Positions 1-11,760 are shown, counted from the stretch's first letter. The stretch: DNA of 64,000 nucleotides from an uncultured Verrucomicrobiae bacterium (GCA_963813025.1 CAWEXO010000008.1:160001-224000); one strand, 5' to 3'. Notes: generated by a model not told the origin, from the letters alone. Made by a program: numbers and translations.

Positions 1-78
1 GGTCGGAGCTCCAGCTTGTGAATAACTCCGCCCGGAGAAAAGAAAGCTTTGGAAAAAAGAAAGGGTTTTCTTTGCCAA

Positions 79-283
79 GGGCAGTCGGGCAAAATCCCGC
101 GCTGCCCACGCGAAGAAGGACGCGCCGGCTGGCTACGAATAGGATTTTCGGGTCCGCGAGATCTTTAGGGCAGAGTTTCGAGCCAGCCGGTCGCGCTTTG
201 ATTCGTCACAACGAATACTCTAGTTGAGGTCGAGCACTTCACACTTCGACGACTTAACTATACGGATTTCGGACGGCCAAAGC
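79..283 (+). ncRNA. Putative IS110 bridge RNA
   Basis: 5' hairpin 79-107. Stem CCGGCTGGCT(125-134)/AGCCAGCCGG(181-190) encloses a large internal loop. Second stem 195-207/272-283 has an internal loop and inner stem 221-228/253-260. Loop segment TAGGGCAG (166-173) is the exact reverse complement of flank CTGCCCTA (1635-1642). Confidence 0.7.
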
Positions 284-330
284 CAAGCGGCTTTTTTCGC
301 GCTGGGTAAAACCAGAAAAAAGGAGCAAGC

Positions 331-1605
331 ATGAACCGATCAAATCCGTTTCCGGTCCCAGATCCCCATTATATGGTCAGCGTGGGAATCGATTGGGCTG
401 ATAAAGAACACGCTGTCTGTCAACGCTCTGGTCCGGAGGGAGGATGCCGGACATTCCAGCTGGGCGCCGATCCCGTTTCGGTTCGGACCTGGCTCGAAGA
501 GCTCAAAAGCTTGGCTGGTCCGCAGGGGCGGGTGGCCATTGGTTTTGAACAAAATCGGGGAGCACTCTTTGAAATGCTCCGCACCCAGGGAGACTGGATC
601 GACCTCTATCCGCTCAATCCTTTGAGTTTAAGCGAATACCGCAAGGTCTTCTTTACTAGTGGCGCCAAGGATGACCCTCGCGACAGCCAATTGATCGAAG
701 AGCTCGTTGATCACCATCGGGATCGGCTCCGGCTTTATCAACCCCCGGAGCCGGTAGTGCGGGAACTGGATTTGCTCGGTCAGCACCGACGCAAAGCCGT
801 CGAGGCCTCCGTGGTGTGCGAAAACCAACTCACCAGCTTACTCAAAGTCTACTATCCGCTGGCCCTCGAGCTCCTCGATGATTTGGGCACCACTCTGGCG
901 CTGCATTTTTTGAAACGCTGGCCGACCCTGCAGAGTTTAAAAAAAGCCAAGCCCCAGACCCTGCGCTCTTTTTTTTATCAGCACCACAGCCGCAGCCAGA
1001 GCTTGATCGAGGAGCGCTTGGAAAAGATTGCTCGGGCCCAAACCGTCACCGAGGATCGTTCTCTGCTGGAGCCCTCCGTGCTGAGTTGCAAGTGTTTGGT
1101 CAGTCAATTGTTGCCGCTGCGAGATTCCATCAAGGCTTTTGACAAAGCCATCCACACTCTGTTTGCCAAACATCCCGATCGGCACATTTTTGAAAGTCTG
1201 CCCGGAGCCGGCCCGCAATTAGCCCCGCGCTTGTTGGTGGCTTTTGGCTCCAATCGGCAGGCTTTTGCCCAAGCCCTGGAGGTACAGAAAAAAAGCGGAA
1301 TCGCTCCGGTCCAAGTGCGCAGCGGCCAAACCAAAAGCGTCCAGCGGCGGCGCTTTCGCTCCAAATTCCTGTGCCAGAGCTTCCACGAATTCGCGGCTCA
1401 TTCCATTCCTTATTCCCAATGGGCCAAGCTCTATTATCAAGAGCAAATGGCCCGCGGTAAGTCCCACCACACTGCCGTGCGCGCCTTGGCCTTTAAATGG
1501 ATCCGCGTCATCTTCCGGCTCTGGCAGGACCGCACCCCTTATGACGAAGAGCGCTACCTCCAAGTCCTCAAAAAACGCCACTCACCAATCGGTGAAAAAC
1601 TTTAA
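331..1605 (+). CDS. IS110-family transposase/recombinase (DEDD RuvC-like plus Tnp domain)
   Basis: GIDWADKEH, GFEQ, KDDPRDS, SLPGAGPQLA, SGIAPVQVRSG motifs; AGGAG RBS upstream of ATG. Confidence 0.95.
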   Translation: MNRSNPFPVPDPHYMVSVGIDWADKEHAVCQRSGPEGGCRTFQLGADPVSVRTWLEELKSLAGPQGRVAIGFEQNRGALFEMLRTQGDWIDLYPLNPLSLSEYRKVFFTSGAKDDPRDSQLIEELVDHHRDRLRLYQPPEPVVRELDLLGQHRRKAVEASVVCENQLTSLLKVYYPLALELLDDLGTTLALHFLKRWPTLQSLKKAKPQTLRSFFYQHHSRSQSLIEERLEKIARAQTVTEDRSLLEPSVLSCKCLVSQLLPLRDSIKAFDKAIHTLFAKHPDRHIFESLPGAGPQLAPRLLVAFGSNRQAFAQALEVQKKSGIAPVQVRSGQTKSVQRRRFRSKFLCQSFHEFAAHSIPYSQWAKLYYQEQMARGKSHHTAVRALAFKWIRVIFRLWQDRTPYDEERYLQVLKKRHSPIGEKL

Positions 1606-1785
1606 CTTTTTCCCTTGCCAGACCTGCTCAGATACTGCCCTACCGCCGCAGGACAGTGCGGCATTCTGAGACGATCTCTGGCGCTCGCGCGACCCAAATT
1701 GGTGGCGTGCTACAGATTTCCCGAGTCCGACAGGCCGGAGGCCGTCCGCGCTACGGCAGGCCTTGCAATCGCCCTTGGCCGCGCT

Positions 1786-4700
1786 TCAGCCGACTGGGCG
1801 GCCAAATCCTCCGCCGCCTGGCGTTTCGATCACGATCGCATCGCCGCTTACCACATCGACCTGAGCGCAACCGGCGAGCTGTTCGGTCTCGCCGGTAGCT
1901 CGGATGACGGAGTTTCGACCGGTCGCCCCCGATTGACCACCATCCACTCCGAACGGTGGGACGATGCGGCTGCCCGACAGGATCGCTGCTTGCATCGGTT
2001 CGCGAAAAACGATTTTGCGGATAACGCCATCTCCTCCGTTCCATTTGCCACAACCTCCGGAACCTTCGCGGATCCGGAACTCCTCGACGACGACAGGATA
2101 GCGCAGCTCCAGGATTTCCAGATCGGTCAGGCGCGAGTTCGTCATGTGCGTATGAACGGCGGAGGCCCCGGGAAAGCCAGGACCCGCGCCGGCCCCGCCG
2201 CAAACCGTTTCATAATACTGGTATTGACTGTTGCCGAAGGTCAGGTTGTTCATCGTACCCTGGCTTCCCGCCATGATCCCGAGCGCACCGACGAGGGCGT
2301 TCGCCAGCGCTTGCGAAGTCTCGACATTCCCGGCGACAACGGCCGCCGGCCAGCGCGGATCCAACATACAGGCGGGTGGGACGATAATCTGGATCGGTTC
2401 GAGACAACCGTCGTTCAAAGGGATGTCCCGGTCGATCAAGGTCCGAAAAACATACAGCACCACCGCGCGCACAATCGCGCGAGGCGCGTTAGTATTATCC
2501 GGTTGTTGGGCGGAGGTGCCGGTAAAATCCACTTTGACGCGCCCGCCTTTTCGATCAACCTGCACGTGAATCTCTGCTCCGGTATCCGTCCGCTGAATGA
2601 ATTTTCCCACATTAAGCCGGGAAACGATCGACTCGACCTCCTTTGCCGCATTGTTGAAAACATGTTTGGTGTACGCTTCGACCGCCGCGACTCCGTAACG
2701 CTCGACGATTAACCGCATTTCGTGTACACCCCGGGCATTGGCGGCGAGCTGCGCCTGAATATCGCCGAGATTTTGCCGGGTGTTCCGCGCGGGAAACGGT
2801 CCTTTCTCGAGAGCTTCGATAAAAGCTTTCTCCTGAAAGACTCCCCGCGCTAGCAGCTGGAGGTCACCGACGAGAACACCTTCTTCCCCAATGGTCTGGC
2901 TGAACGGCGGCATCGAGCCAGGCATGCTTCCACCGATATCGGCGTGATGCCCCCGGCTAGCCACCCAGAAGGCCGGCTTTCGTGTCTGGCAGAACACCGG
3001 GCTGATTACCGTCAGGTCCGGCAAATGCGTGCCGCCGGCGTACGGGTCGTTTGAAAGGTAAGCGTCACCCAGCTCAACCGAACGGCCGTGCTTGGCAATG
3101 ATTGCCTGGACAGCGGCGCTCATCGATCCCAAGTGCACCGGGATATGCGGCGCGTTCGCAATCAGCCGGCCGCCTCGATCGAAAACGGCACAGGAATAAT
3201 CCAGTCGTTCTTTGATGTTCACCGAATAAGCGGTGTTCTGCAGAACTACTCCCATTTGCTCGGCGACAGCGACGAAAAGGTTATTGAACAGTTCGAGCAG
3301 AACCGGATCCACCGCGCTAGTTACGGCGAAGGTAGCTGCTCTTGACCGCAACCGTTCCAGGATCAGGTCACCGTTTCCGGCGATCTCGGCGCCCCAGCCG
3401 GGTTCAACGACAGTGGTTGAATGGTTCTCCGCAATGATCGCCGGTCCCTCAAGCCGGGCTCCCGACATCAGCTCGTCCCGGGGATATATCGGGGTTCGCC
3501 GCTCATGGCCCTGAAACGTCACGTCAGCAAAACGGATCTGCTCCTGGCGGGCCGCCGGATTCCAGGAAGGTACGACCTGGGGTGGTTCGCCGATCATTTC
3601 GACTTCAATCGAATCCAGGATCAGGGCGCGCTCCGGCATCACAAATCCGTACCAGCTCAAATGACGTTGCCGGAAGATTTCCGTTGCTTGATCGACAGTG
3701 CTTGCTTCGACCGCGATCGAACTATCGCTGCCCTCGTATCGCAAATAGACACGGCGCGCGACTCTCGACGAAAAGAGCGCCTCCTGCGAAAGATCCTCCG
3801 CAACAGCTTGTTCGAGGAGAGAAAATTCGCTTGTCAGGGCAGCCCAGTTTGACTCTTCCAAAGCCTTCTCGATCGTCTTTTGACGGAGCGCCCGCACCTC
3901 CGCCGCACCGATGCCGTACGCCGACAAGACACCGGCCAACTGCGGGACCATTACGCGGTTGATTTCCAGCCCGTCAGCAACAGCAGTGGCGTGTTGACCT
4001 GCGGCGCCACCAAATGCGACCAACGTATAGCCCCGGGGATCGCGGCCCTGGGCAAGCGTAATTTTCTTAATGGCGTTTACCATGTTGTCGACCGCCACAC
4101 GCAAAAACCCTTCGGCTACGGCCAGCGGATCCCAACCCGACAGTTCGGCGCATAAACTGCGCAACCGGGTAAACACAGCGTCGCGGTCGATTGGCTGATC
4201 TCCGCTCCGTCCAAAGACCTTCGGGAATAAGTCCGGTTGAAGACGACCGAGCGCCACGTTGCAGTCCGTGACCGTCAGTGGACCGTTTTTGCGATAACAG
4301 GCCGGCCCGGGTTCCGCGCCGGCGCTAGCAGGACCAACCCGAAAACGCGCCCCATCGAAGTGGCAGATCGAGCCGCCGCCCGCCGCCACGGTATGAACTT
4401 GTAACATGGGCGCCCGAATACTGATCCCGGAAATCTCCGTTTCCATCGCTCGCTCATACTCTCCGGCAAAGTGCGACACATCGGTGGACGTACCACCCAT
4501 ATCGAACCCAATGATGCGAGTGATTCCAGCGGCCCGGCCAGTCTTCACTGCACCCACCACGCCTCCAGCCGGACCGGAGAGTATCGCGTTCCTGCCATGA
4601 AACACCGAAGCCTCGGCCAAACCTCCATTGGACTGCATAAATCTCACTCGAACACCCGGAAGCTCCCGGCGCACGTGCTCGATATACCGGCGCAGAATCG

Positions 4701-5349
4701 GCGAAAGGTAAGCATCCACGACAGCCGTCTGACCACGGGGCACGAGCTTAATCAGTCCGCTCGCCTCGTGGCTCTTTGAGATCTGCGCAAAACCAATCTC
4801 ACGCGCGACATCAGCTACCCTGTTCTCGTGCTCCGGGAATCGGAAACTGTGGGCCAACACAATGCTTACGGACCGAAACCCATCTTGAAAAGCCGTTTGG
4901 AGAGTTCGCTTTGCTGCGTTCAGATCGAGCTCAACCAGGACCTCACCGGCAGAAGTTATCCTCCCGGCGATTTCGGCCACCCGGGACCAGAGCTGCTCGG
5001 GCAACTGAATAGCTCGATCAAAAAGCCGGGGCCGCTGCTGAGTGCCGATCCGCAGAATATCCCGCAGACCCTGGTTCACGAGCAACAGAGTGGGTTCGCC
5101 TTTCCGCTCTAGCAGCGCGTTCGTTGCGACTGTCGTGCCGATCCGAACCTCGGCAATCTCCTCCAACGGGATCGGCAATTCAGGGACGAGGCCGAGGATC
5201 GTGCGAATTCCGGGGATCGTGGCGTCCCGGAAACGGCCCGGGTCCTCAGAAAGAAGCTTGGCGGTTTTCAATGTGCCATCAGGCGCGCGGCCGACGATGT
5301 CTGTAAATGTTCCGCCTCGATCGATCCAGAATTGCCACACCCGAAGCAC
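1786..5349 (-). CDS. oplA: 5-oxoprolinase (ATP-hydrolysing), fused hydantoinase A/B
   Basis: [50 protein letters not shown]. Confidence 0.93.
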   Translation of the reverse strand: MLRVWQFWIDRGGTFTDIVGRAPDGTLKTAKLLSEDPGRFRDATIPGIRTILGLVPELPIPLEEIAEVRIGTTVATNALLERKGEPTLLLVNQGLRDILRIGTQQRPRLFDRAIQLPEQLWSRVAEIAGRITSAGEVLVELDLNAAKRTLQTAFQDGFRSVSIVLAHSFRFPEHENRVADVAREIGFAQISKSHEASGLIKLVPRGQTAVVDAYLSPILRRYIEHVRRELPGVRVRFMQSNGGLAEASVFHGRNAILSGPAGGVVGAVKTGRAAGITRIIGFDMGGTSTDVSHFAGEYERAMETEISGISIRAPMLQVHTVAAGGGSICHFDGARFRVGPASAGAEPGPACYRKNGPLTVTDCNVALGRLQPDLFPKVFGRSGDQPIDRDAVFTRLRSLCAELSGWDPLAVAEGFLRVAVDNMVNAIKKITLAQGRDPRGYTLVAFGGAAGQHATAVADGLEINRVMVPQLAGVLSAYGIGAAEVRALRQKTIEKALEESNWAALTSEFSLLEQAVAEDLSQEALFSSRVARRVYLRYEGSDSSIAVEASTVDQATEIFRQRHLSWYGFVMPERALILDSIEVEMIGEPPQVVPSWNPAARQEQIRFADVTFQGHERRTPIYPRDELMSGARLEGPAIIAENHSTTVVEPGWGAEIAGNGDLILERLRSRAATFAVTSAVDPVLLELFNNLFVAVAEQMGVVLQNTAYSVNIKERLDYSCAVFDRGGRLIANAPHIPVHLGSMSAAVQAIIAKHGRSVELGDAYLSNDPYAGGTHLPDLTVISPVFCQTRKPAFWVASRGHHADIGGSMPGSMPPFSQTIGEEGVLVGDLQLLARGVFQEKAFIEALEKGPFPARNTRQNLGDIQAQLAANARGVHEMRLIVERYGVAAVEAYTKHVFNNAAKEVESIVSRLNVGKFIQRTDTGAEIHVQVDRKGGRVKVDFTGTSAQQPDNTNAPRAIVRAVVLYVFRTLIDRDIPLNDGCLEPIQIIVPPACMLDPRWPAAVVAGNVETSQALANALVGALGIMAGSQGTMNNLTFGNSQYQYYETVCGGAGAGPGFPGASAVHTHMTNSRLTDLEILELRYPVVVEEFRIREGSGGCGKWNGGDGVIRKIVFREPMQAAILSGSRIVPPFGVDGGQSGATGRNSVIRATGETEQLAGCAQVDVVSGDAIVIETPGGGGFGRPVG

Positions 5350-5697
5350 GTTGAACCTTCAGAGTTCAACGTTCAACGCCGAAGCGCTCCAGAGGAGCAG
5401 AAAGAATCTGAGGTGCGATTTGTCGCTGCTTTAGGATTCGCGCGGAGCGCAACCCTGGCCCCGACGCGCAAAACCGCGAAACTCACTGTTCCCTGGCGAA
5501 AAGACTTCTTTGGTTGGCCGCCGCGCCCCGCGCGGTATCAAAGCGGCCACACGCACTCCATTAACTCTTTGCCGGGAAGTCTCCGCGCGGTAGGGCCACC
5601 TCAGACCGATAGACATCTCACCGGAAACACTCGGGTGCGCGTGCAATCCAAAAAATTGCCTCCTCTGCGACCAGATCCGGGGTGATCTGAGTGGCAA

Positions 5698-6297
5698 TCA
5701 TGAAGTAAAGTCCTCGAGAGATGCGATCACAGCGGCAAGCGCGCGGGATCGGTGGCTCAGACTGTTCTTTATCAGGGAGGACAGTTCACCGAAAGTCTCG
5801 TCGTAGCCTCGGGGCACAAAGATCGGATCGTACCCAAACCCGCCCGTGCCTCGTTCAATCGTCAAGACGGTACCTTCGACCACGTCTGCGAACGAGCCCA
5901 CCATCTCCCCACCGGCGGCCAGGACCATGGCGCAACGGAAACGCCCGGGCGAACCGCTTGCCATGTTCTTTTTCTTTAAGTTGGCGATGACCAGCTGGCG
6001 ATTGCTCGCATCCGTTGCTTCCGGTCCGGCATAGCGTGCCGAGAAAACACCAGGTTCGCCATTCAATCCGTCAACCTCAAGCCCAGAGTCATCGGCCAAC
6101 ACCAAGCCGCGAAAGCAACGCGAAATGCCGAGCGCTTTGAGCGCGGCGTTCGCCTCGAAAGTAGTCCCGGTCTCTTCAATCTTCGGCGTGTCCTTGAGCG
6201 CAGTCAGGTCAGAGACTTCCCACGTTCGCCCAAGCATTTGCGCGATCTCACGTGTCTTATTGGTGTTCCGAGTGGCGAGAATTAACGACGACATCAA
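5698..6297 (-). CDS. rdgB: XTP/dITP diphosphatase (Ham1 family)
   Basis: LATRNTNK, ADDSGLEVDGL, PGVFSARYAG, GFGYDPIF, SHRSRAL. Confidence 0.95.
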   Translation of the reverse strand: MMSSLILATRNTNKTREIAQMLGRTWEVSDLTALKDTPKIEETGTTFEANAALKALGISRCFRGLVLADDSGLEVDGLNGEPGVFSARYAGPEATDASNRQLVIANLKKKNMASGSPGRFRCAMVLAAGGEMVGSFADVVEGTVLTIERGTGGFGYDPIFVPRGYDETFGELSSLIKNSLSHRSRALAAVIASLEDFTS

Positions 6298-6364
6298 GAT
6301 CCCCCGGCGTTCTTGGACCTCACGGTACTTTGCACCCGTGCGGGTGCGAGTGCCAGTGCAGTGT

Positions 6365-6481
6365 CAGTATCAGTATCAGTATCAGTATCAGTATCAGTAT
6401 CAGTATCAGTATCAGTATCAGTATCAGTATCAGTATCAGTATCAGTATCAGTATCAGTATCAGTATCAGTATCAGTATCAG
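6365..6481. repeat. Perfect hexanucleotide tandem repeat (CAGTAT)x19 plus CAG
   Basis: Read directly; lies in the divergent rdgB-leuS intergenic region. Confidence 0.97.
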
Positions 6482-6724
6482 CCTTCGGCGCCGGGATTTT
6501 TGCGAGCCTTACTCAAAGTCGGGGCGACGGAAACGGAGCCTGGCGCACGAGACCCTACGTCTTACATAACGCCGACGGCCTCGGGCGCTTCCGGGGTTCA
6601 TCGAGGGCTGCCCGGGGTTCAAGGTTCAACACCGGCACTAGCACTAGCACTGACACTACCTGGCACTGGCACAAACCCGCATCACCGCTATATGTGAGAT
6701 TCTACACCGCAGCGTGTTGTCCTG

Positions 6725-9316
6725 ATGAGCGCACGACGAAAGCAATTCCCATTTGATGAGTTCGAACCGAAATGGCAGCGGTTCTGGGAAGAGAACCGCA
6801 CTTTCCGTGCGCTGAATCCAGGCGAACCCGGGTTCGATCCGCGGCAGCCGAAGATCTACATCCTCGACATGTTTCCTTATCCGAGCGGCGAGGGTTTGCA
6901 TGTGGGACATCCGGAAGGCTATACCGCAACGGATATTCTCGCCCGGTACAGGCGGCTCAAAGGTTTCAACGTACTGCATCCGATCGGCTGGGATGCCTTT
7001 GGTCTTCCGGCCGAGCAGTTTGCTATCAGGACAGGCCAACATCCGTCCGTCGCAACGGCGACGAATATCGCCCGTTTCAGAACGCAGCTCAAACGGATCG
7101 GGTTCAGTTACGACTGGAATAGAGAGATCAATACTACGGACCCGGATTACTACCGCTGGACACAGTGGATTTTTCTCCAGCTGTATAATTCCTGGTACAA
7201 TCCGGAACGCAAGATGGCTGGGCCCATCACTGAACTCGCCGAACAAAAGAAAGCCGCCAGTCCGGGGCTTTCGGCCGACGAACTAGGGAAGTTTTTGGAC
7301 GATCACCGGCTCGCTTATGTTTCCGATGCACCGGTGAATTGGTGCCCGGAACTGGGCACGGTTCTGGCCAACGAAGAAGTCGTCGACGGCAAAAGCGAGG
7401 TGGGCGGTTTCCCGGTCATTCGCCGACCGATGCGGCAATGGATGCTGCGTATCACCGCGTACGCCGACCGGTTGAACGATGAGCTGGAAGGCCTCGATTG
7501 GCCTGAGTCAATCAAGCTGCTTCAGCGCAATTGGATCGGTCGGAGCGAAGGCGCGGAAATTCGCTTCCCGGTCGTCGGGACAGGGGCCGAGCTGACTGTC
7601 TTTACCACTCGGCCGGATACCTTGTACGGCGCGACTTACATGGTGCTTGCCCCGGAACATCCGTTGATCGATGCGGTCACGAGCGCGGAACAACGAAACG
7701 CGGTGCAAGCTTACCAGGAATCGACGAAGGCCAAGTCTGACCTCGAACGAACCGATCTGGCCAAGGAAAAGACTGGCGTTTTCACCGGAGGTTTCGCGCT
7801 CAATCCGGCAACCGAAGAACAGATCCCGATCTGGATCGCTGATTACGTGCTGATCAGCTACGGCACCGGGGCAATTATGGCTGTCCCGGCCCATGACGAG
7901 CGCGACCACGAATTCGCCCGGAAATTCGGGCTGGATATTCGGGAAGTCGTGCAGCCGCCCAAGCCGGTCGAAGGGTGCTTTACTGGAGAAGGAGTATCGA
8001 TCAATTCAGGTTCGTTCAGCGGCCTTCCGACCATGGAAGCCAAAGCACGGATCATTGACCACCTGGAAGCGACCGGGTCTGGGCGTCGGTCGATCAATTA
8101 CAAGCTCAGGGATTGGTTGTTCTCGCGGCAGCGTTACTGGGGCGAACCGTTCCCGATCGTGTGGCGCAACTCGCATCACGAGGCGCTGCCTGAGTCCGCT
8201 CTGCCGGTCGTTCCGCCCCCCTTGGAAGACTATCGGCCTACCGGCACAATCGAACCGCCACTCGCGAAAGCAGCCGATTGGATCGCACTCTCCGATGGCG
8301 CGCGGCGCGAGCTGAACACAATGCCCCAATGGGCGGGTTCTTGCTGGTACTACCTCCGTTTCGCTTCGCCGCATTGCGCCACCCGATTTGTCGATGCCGA
8401 AGCAGAACGTTATTGGATGGGCGGTAACCATTCCGGCGGAGTTGATCTGTATGTCGGAGGTACCGAGCACGCTGTGCTGCACCTTCTGTATGCCCGGTTC
8501 TGGCATAAAGTTCTCTATGATCTGGGATATCTGTCGAAACCGGAACCGTTCCAACGCCTGGTGAACCAAGGAATGATCCTGGGCGAGGACAATCAGAAAA
8601 TGTCCAAAAGCCGGGGCAACGTCGTTACCCCGGACGATATCGAGGCGGAGTACGGAGCCGACTCGCTCCGTCTCTTCGAGATGTTTATGGGCCCTCTGGA
8701 GGCAACCAAACCCTGGAGCATGAGCGGGGTCGAAGGAGTTTATCGTTTTCTGGCGCGCGTCTGGCGTTTGGCAATGGAGGAAAATCAGGAAGGCGAATGG
8801 CGGTTATCGGCCGCCCTGACAAGGCGCGAATTGAACGATCGCGAACAGCGCCTCCTTCATTCGACCATCAAAAAAGTCTCCGAAGATATCGAGTCGCTTT
8901 CCTTCAATACCGCGATCGCTCAATTGATGATTTTCGTGAACGAATTCACCGGGCCGAATCCGCGTCCGCTTGCCGCGCTTGAACCATTTCTGATCCTCCT
9001 GAATCCATTTTCCCCACACCTTTCCGAAGAGCTCTGGCAGCGGCTGGGCGAGAAGTTCGACGAATTCAGCGGTCCGATTTCTCGCCGTACCTGGCCGGTC
9101 TGGGACGACAATCGGCTCGTCCAGACCGAGGTCGAGGTGATTATTCAGATCAACGGCAAGCTGCGCGCGAAGGTCTCGGTCGCGAAAGACCTGCCGGAGG
9201 AGGAAATCAGAAAACTGGCTCTCGCCACGCCCCAGGTCCAAAAAGCGATCCAGGACAGATCAGTTCGGAAAGTGATCGTTGTTCCGAACAAAGTCGTGAA
9301 CGTTGTGGTGAGCTGA
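6725..9316 (+). CDS. leuS: Leucine--tRNA ligase
   Basis: [14 protein letters not shown] (HIGH), KMSKS, editing-domain FTTRPDT and [12 protein letters not shown]. Confidence 0.98.
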   Translation: MSARRKQFPFDEFEPKWQRFWEENRTFRALNPGEPGFDPRQPKIYILDMFPYPSGEGLHVGHPEGYTATDILARYRRLKGFNVLHPIGWDAFGLPAEQFAIRTGQHPSVATATNIARFRTQLKRIGFSYDWNREINTTDPDYYRWTQWIFLQLYNSWYNPERKMAGPITELAEQKKAASPGLSADELGKFLDDHRLAYVSDAPVNWCPELGTVLANEEVVDGKSEVGGFPVIRRPMRQWMLRITAYADRLNDELEGLDWPESIKLLQRNWIGRSEGAEIRFPVVGTGAELTVFTTRPDTLYGATYMVLAPEHPLIDAVTSAEQRNAVQAYQESTKAKSDLERTDLAKEKTGVFTGGFALNPATEEQIPIWIADYVLISYGTGAIMAVPAHDERDHEFARKFGLDIREVVQPPKPVEGCFTGEGVSINSGSFSGLPTMEAKARIIDHLEATGSGRRSINYKLRDWLFSRQRYWGEPFPIVWRNSHHEALPESALPVVPPPLEDYRPTGTIEPPLAKAADWIALSDGARRELNTMPQWAGSCWYYLRFASPHCATRFVDAEAERYWMGGNHSGGVDLYVGGTEHAVLHLLYARFWHKVLYDLGYLSKPEPFQRLVNQGMILGEDNQKMSKSRGNVVTPDDIEAEYGADSLRLFEMFMGPLEATKPWSMSGVEGVYRFLARVWRLAMEENQEGEWRLSAALTRRELNDREQRLLHSTIKKVSEDIESLSFNTAIAQLMIFVNEFTGPNPRPLAALEPFLILLNPFSPHLSEELWQRLGEKFDEFSGPISRRTWPVWDDNRLVQTEVEVIIQINGKLRAKVSVAKDLPEEEIRKLALATPQVQKAIQDRSVRKVIVVPNKVVNVVVS

Positions 9317-9373
9317 TTGGAAGGCGTAGCGCAGACGGCCTCGTCCATACTCTAGACCGCCTGAAAGGCCTAA

Positions 9374-10956
9374 CCCGGATATTTCATCATAAGGGCAAAA
9401 AAGTAGCGAAGTTCTTTATGTAACCTGTTAGGATTGAATAGGTTACAAACAAGCCAACAGGGAAACTTCGCTAATGACAGATTGTAGACAGTTTGATTTT
9501 GAATTGCCAGGAGTAAAAGGGAGAAAAATTGAGGGCAATTTCGAGGGTGGAGAGGTGAGCAGCGACGGCGGCTTGGTACTGCTGCGGCAGGCCGACCGCT
9601 GGATTGGGTTAACCAAAGCGTTGGCCAAGCAACTACCCGATAAGCGGGATCCAGACAAGATCGAGCACTCTTTTGAGAGCATGCTCCGGCAACGCATTTA
9701 CGGATTAGCGCTTGGCTATGAAGATCTTAATGATCACGACACTTTGCGCAAAGATCCCTTGTGGCAGACGGCGAGTGAACGGGCTGAGCAATTAGCCAGT
9801 TGCTCGACGCTGTGCCGATTAGAGAGCCGAGCCGGACGCACGGAAGCCCGGCTGATGCATGAAGTGTTGTTCGAACAGTTTGTGGGTAGCTTCGAGTCGG
9901 CGCCCAGCGAATTGATTCTCGATTTTGACTGTACCGACGATCGGGTACACGGCCTACAAGAGGGTCGCCACTTCCACGGCTATTACTACGATTTTTGCTT
10001 TTTGCCGCTCTATGTCTTTTGCGGCGAGCAGCTGCTGGTCAGTTACCTGCGAAAGAGCAACATCGATTCAGCCAAACATGCCTGGGCAATCTTAGCGTTG
10101 TTAGTCAAAGGGCTCCGCCGGCGTTGGCCCAAACTCAAAATTATCCTGCGTGCCGATAGCGGCTTTTGCCGCTGGAAAATGCTGCGGTGGTGCGAGCGTC
10201 ACCAAGTCCAGTATCTCGTTGGATTGGCCAAGAATGAGCGGCTCAATGCCTTATCAGCCAAGCTGCAGAGGCGGGCTAAGCGCAAGCACCAGAAGAGCGG
10301 GCAAAAAGTGCGACTTTTCACGCAGTTCAAGTACAAGGCCAAAACTTGGGACAAGAAACGACGGGTGATCGCCAAGGCCGAACACTCCGTTTATGGGGCT
10401 AATCCGCGCTACGTGCTCACCAACTTGGAGGGTCGTTCCCAAGAGCTCTACGACCAGATCTACTGCGCTCGTGGGGAGATGGAGAATCGTATCAAAGAAC
10501 AACAATTGGGCCTCTTCAGTGATCGCACAAGCTGCCATGCTTGGTGGGCCAATCAGTTCCGGCTTTTGCTCTCCTGGGGCAGCCTACGTGCTCTTAGAAG
10601 CGCTGCGGCGCCTCGGCTTAAACGGAACCCAACTGGCACATGCCCAGGTTGGGACTATCCGCCTGCGCTTACTGAAAGTCGGCGCTCTCATCACCCGAAA
10701 CACACGCCGAATCCGACTGCGCCTAAGCTCAAGCTTCCCACGCCGAGAACTCTTTTGCTCCTGCCTGGTGCGCTTCTACGGCTGACGCCCTTGGTGGTGC
10801 TGACCCCGGCACCCGAAAAACAACGGCGGCTGACCCGCGGTGTCTCCTGATCGTGCTCTCGCGCCATCCAATAGCCCGCTTTCGGCAGACAGTTTCGCCA
10901 TCAACCAAAAACTGATCTCGCCCGTGCGTTAACCATTACATGATGCAAAAAGCGGG
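9374..10956 (+). mobile_element. IS1380-family insertion sequence
   Basis: Imperfect 17-bp IRs CCCGGATATTTCATCAT (9374-9390) and ATGATGCAAAAAGCGGG (10940-10956), 13/17 match; 4-bp target duplication CTAA at 9370-9373 and 10957-10960. Confidence 0.92.
9474..10785 (+). pseudogene. IS1380-family DDE transposase with a +1 frameshift near 10574
   Basis: SSDGGL, GYEDLNDH, LDFDCTDD, RADSGF, RGEMENRIKE motifs; the conserved C-terminus AAYVLLEALRR...TIRLRLLKVGA is in the 10393..10785 frame. Confidence 0.85.
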
Positions 10957-11113
10957 CTAAGCAGCATGCCTGCGCGCCGTAGCTCAGAGCGAAACGAAGG
11001 GCGAAGGAGGGAGCGGTTTGAGCGTGCTGACACTGACATCGGCGCTAGCACTGGCACTTCCTTTCAGCTCCTTGAATTCTCAGCCGGTCGTGCCACACTT
11101 CTCCTCTGCCAGC

Positions 11114-11187
11114 GCACCCGTAGCTCAATTGGATAGAGTATATGACTTCGGATCATAGGGTTGCAGGTTCGAGCCCTGCCGGGTGCA
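11114..11187 (+). tRNA. tRNA-Arg, anticodon TCG (CCA not encoded)
   Basis: Acceptor GCACCCG/CGGGTGC, D-arm GCTCAATTGGATAGAGT, anticodon arm TATGA-CTTCGGA-TCATA, T-arm GCAGGTTCGAGCCCTGC. Confidence 0.96.
11144..11187 (+). repeat. attL core (3' part of tRNA-Arg)
   Basis: Identical 44 bp to 27447-27490. Confidence 0.95.
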
Positions 11188-11251
11188 AATCGGCTACCAG
11201 AGCCAATCTCCAAGCAATTCGCGATTCCGAAACATCCGCTTCCAAAATGTC

Positions 11252-11283
11252 TGTTGGCCGTTTGTTGGCCGTTTTTCGTGTTC
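11252..11283 (+). repeat. 32-bp repeat, probable integrase arm-binding sites (2x TGTTGGCCGTT)
   Basis: Identical to 27294-27325, both just inside the att sites. Confidence 0.8.
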
Positions 11284-11358
11284 GTCAAAAAGCGGATTTT
11301 CACGGCTTTTGAAGATTGACCTTCGGATGGCGCTCGGATCACCATGACGGTTTCCCCA

Positions 11359-11570
11359 TGAAAACCGCTCCTCCGAACTTCAAACCTTCGGGAACCGTCC
11401 TTTACACCTACCGGTGCCCTGAGCACATCGGATTTGATCTCCAAGTCGTTGCGCATATCGCACAAAGCCGCGCAGTGATCGCGCGCAAAGCAAAGACTGC
11501 TAAACAGTCTCTCGGCGCATTTATCTGGGACGAAATGGCGGCGCTAGTCGCTATGGCCAAGCTGGAATAG
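11359..11570 (+). CDS. Hypothetical protein
   Basis: ATG ORF, first of three closely spaced ORFs. Confidence 0.4.
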
Positions 11571-11576
11571 GCATTT

Positions 11577-11759
11577 ATGAAACAGCGAAAACGTAAGCTC
11601 AAAGCCTCCGAGGTCCAGCATATCGTGATTCCGAGCACTGAACTGGTCAAGGCAATCGAGCAGCGCGGACATTGGATGAAAGCCGAGGATGTGCGTCCTG
11701 TAGTAATGAAGGCGCCGGCAAGATTTGGGAACAAGAGGTCCCACTTTACAAAACACTGA
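11577..11759 (+). CDS. Hypothetical protein
   Basis: 60-aa ATG ORF packed between neighbours (gaps of 6 and 1 bp). Confidence 0.4.
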   Translation: MKQRKRKLKASEVQHIVIPSTELVKAIEQRGHWMKAEDVRPVVMKAPARFGNKRSHFTKH

Positions 11760-11760
11760 T

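Larger units (their letters stand above)
1..1636 (+). mobile_element. IS110-family insertion sequence (left end probably starts before position 1)
   Basis: IS110 recombinase ORF, long structured upstream non-coding region and short right end. Inferred right boundary is the CT core at 1635-1636, from guide complementarity. Confidence 0.8.

Noticed and set aside
1615..2712. 365-aa plus-strand ORF
   Set aside because: Antisense shadow of the conserved oxoprolinase; no independent motifs
5400..5697. Structured RNA or small CDS between oplA and rdgB
   Set aside because: No recognisable rnpB, ssrA, SRP or riboswitch motifs; the 88-aa ORF has no support
6365..6481. Possible CRISPR array
   Set aside because: 6-bp unit with no spacers and no cas genes; no CRISPR array seen in the window
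6125..6756. ORFs with poly-QY, poly-SI and poly-VS tracts
   Set aside because: Translation artefacts of the stop-free CAGTAT microsatellite
10560..10590. Programmed frameshift in the IS1380 transposase
   Set aside because: No slippery heptamer, and IS1380 transposases are normally single ORFs
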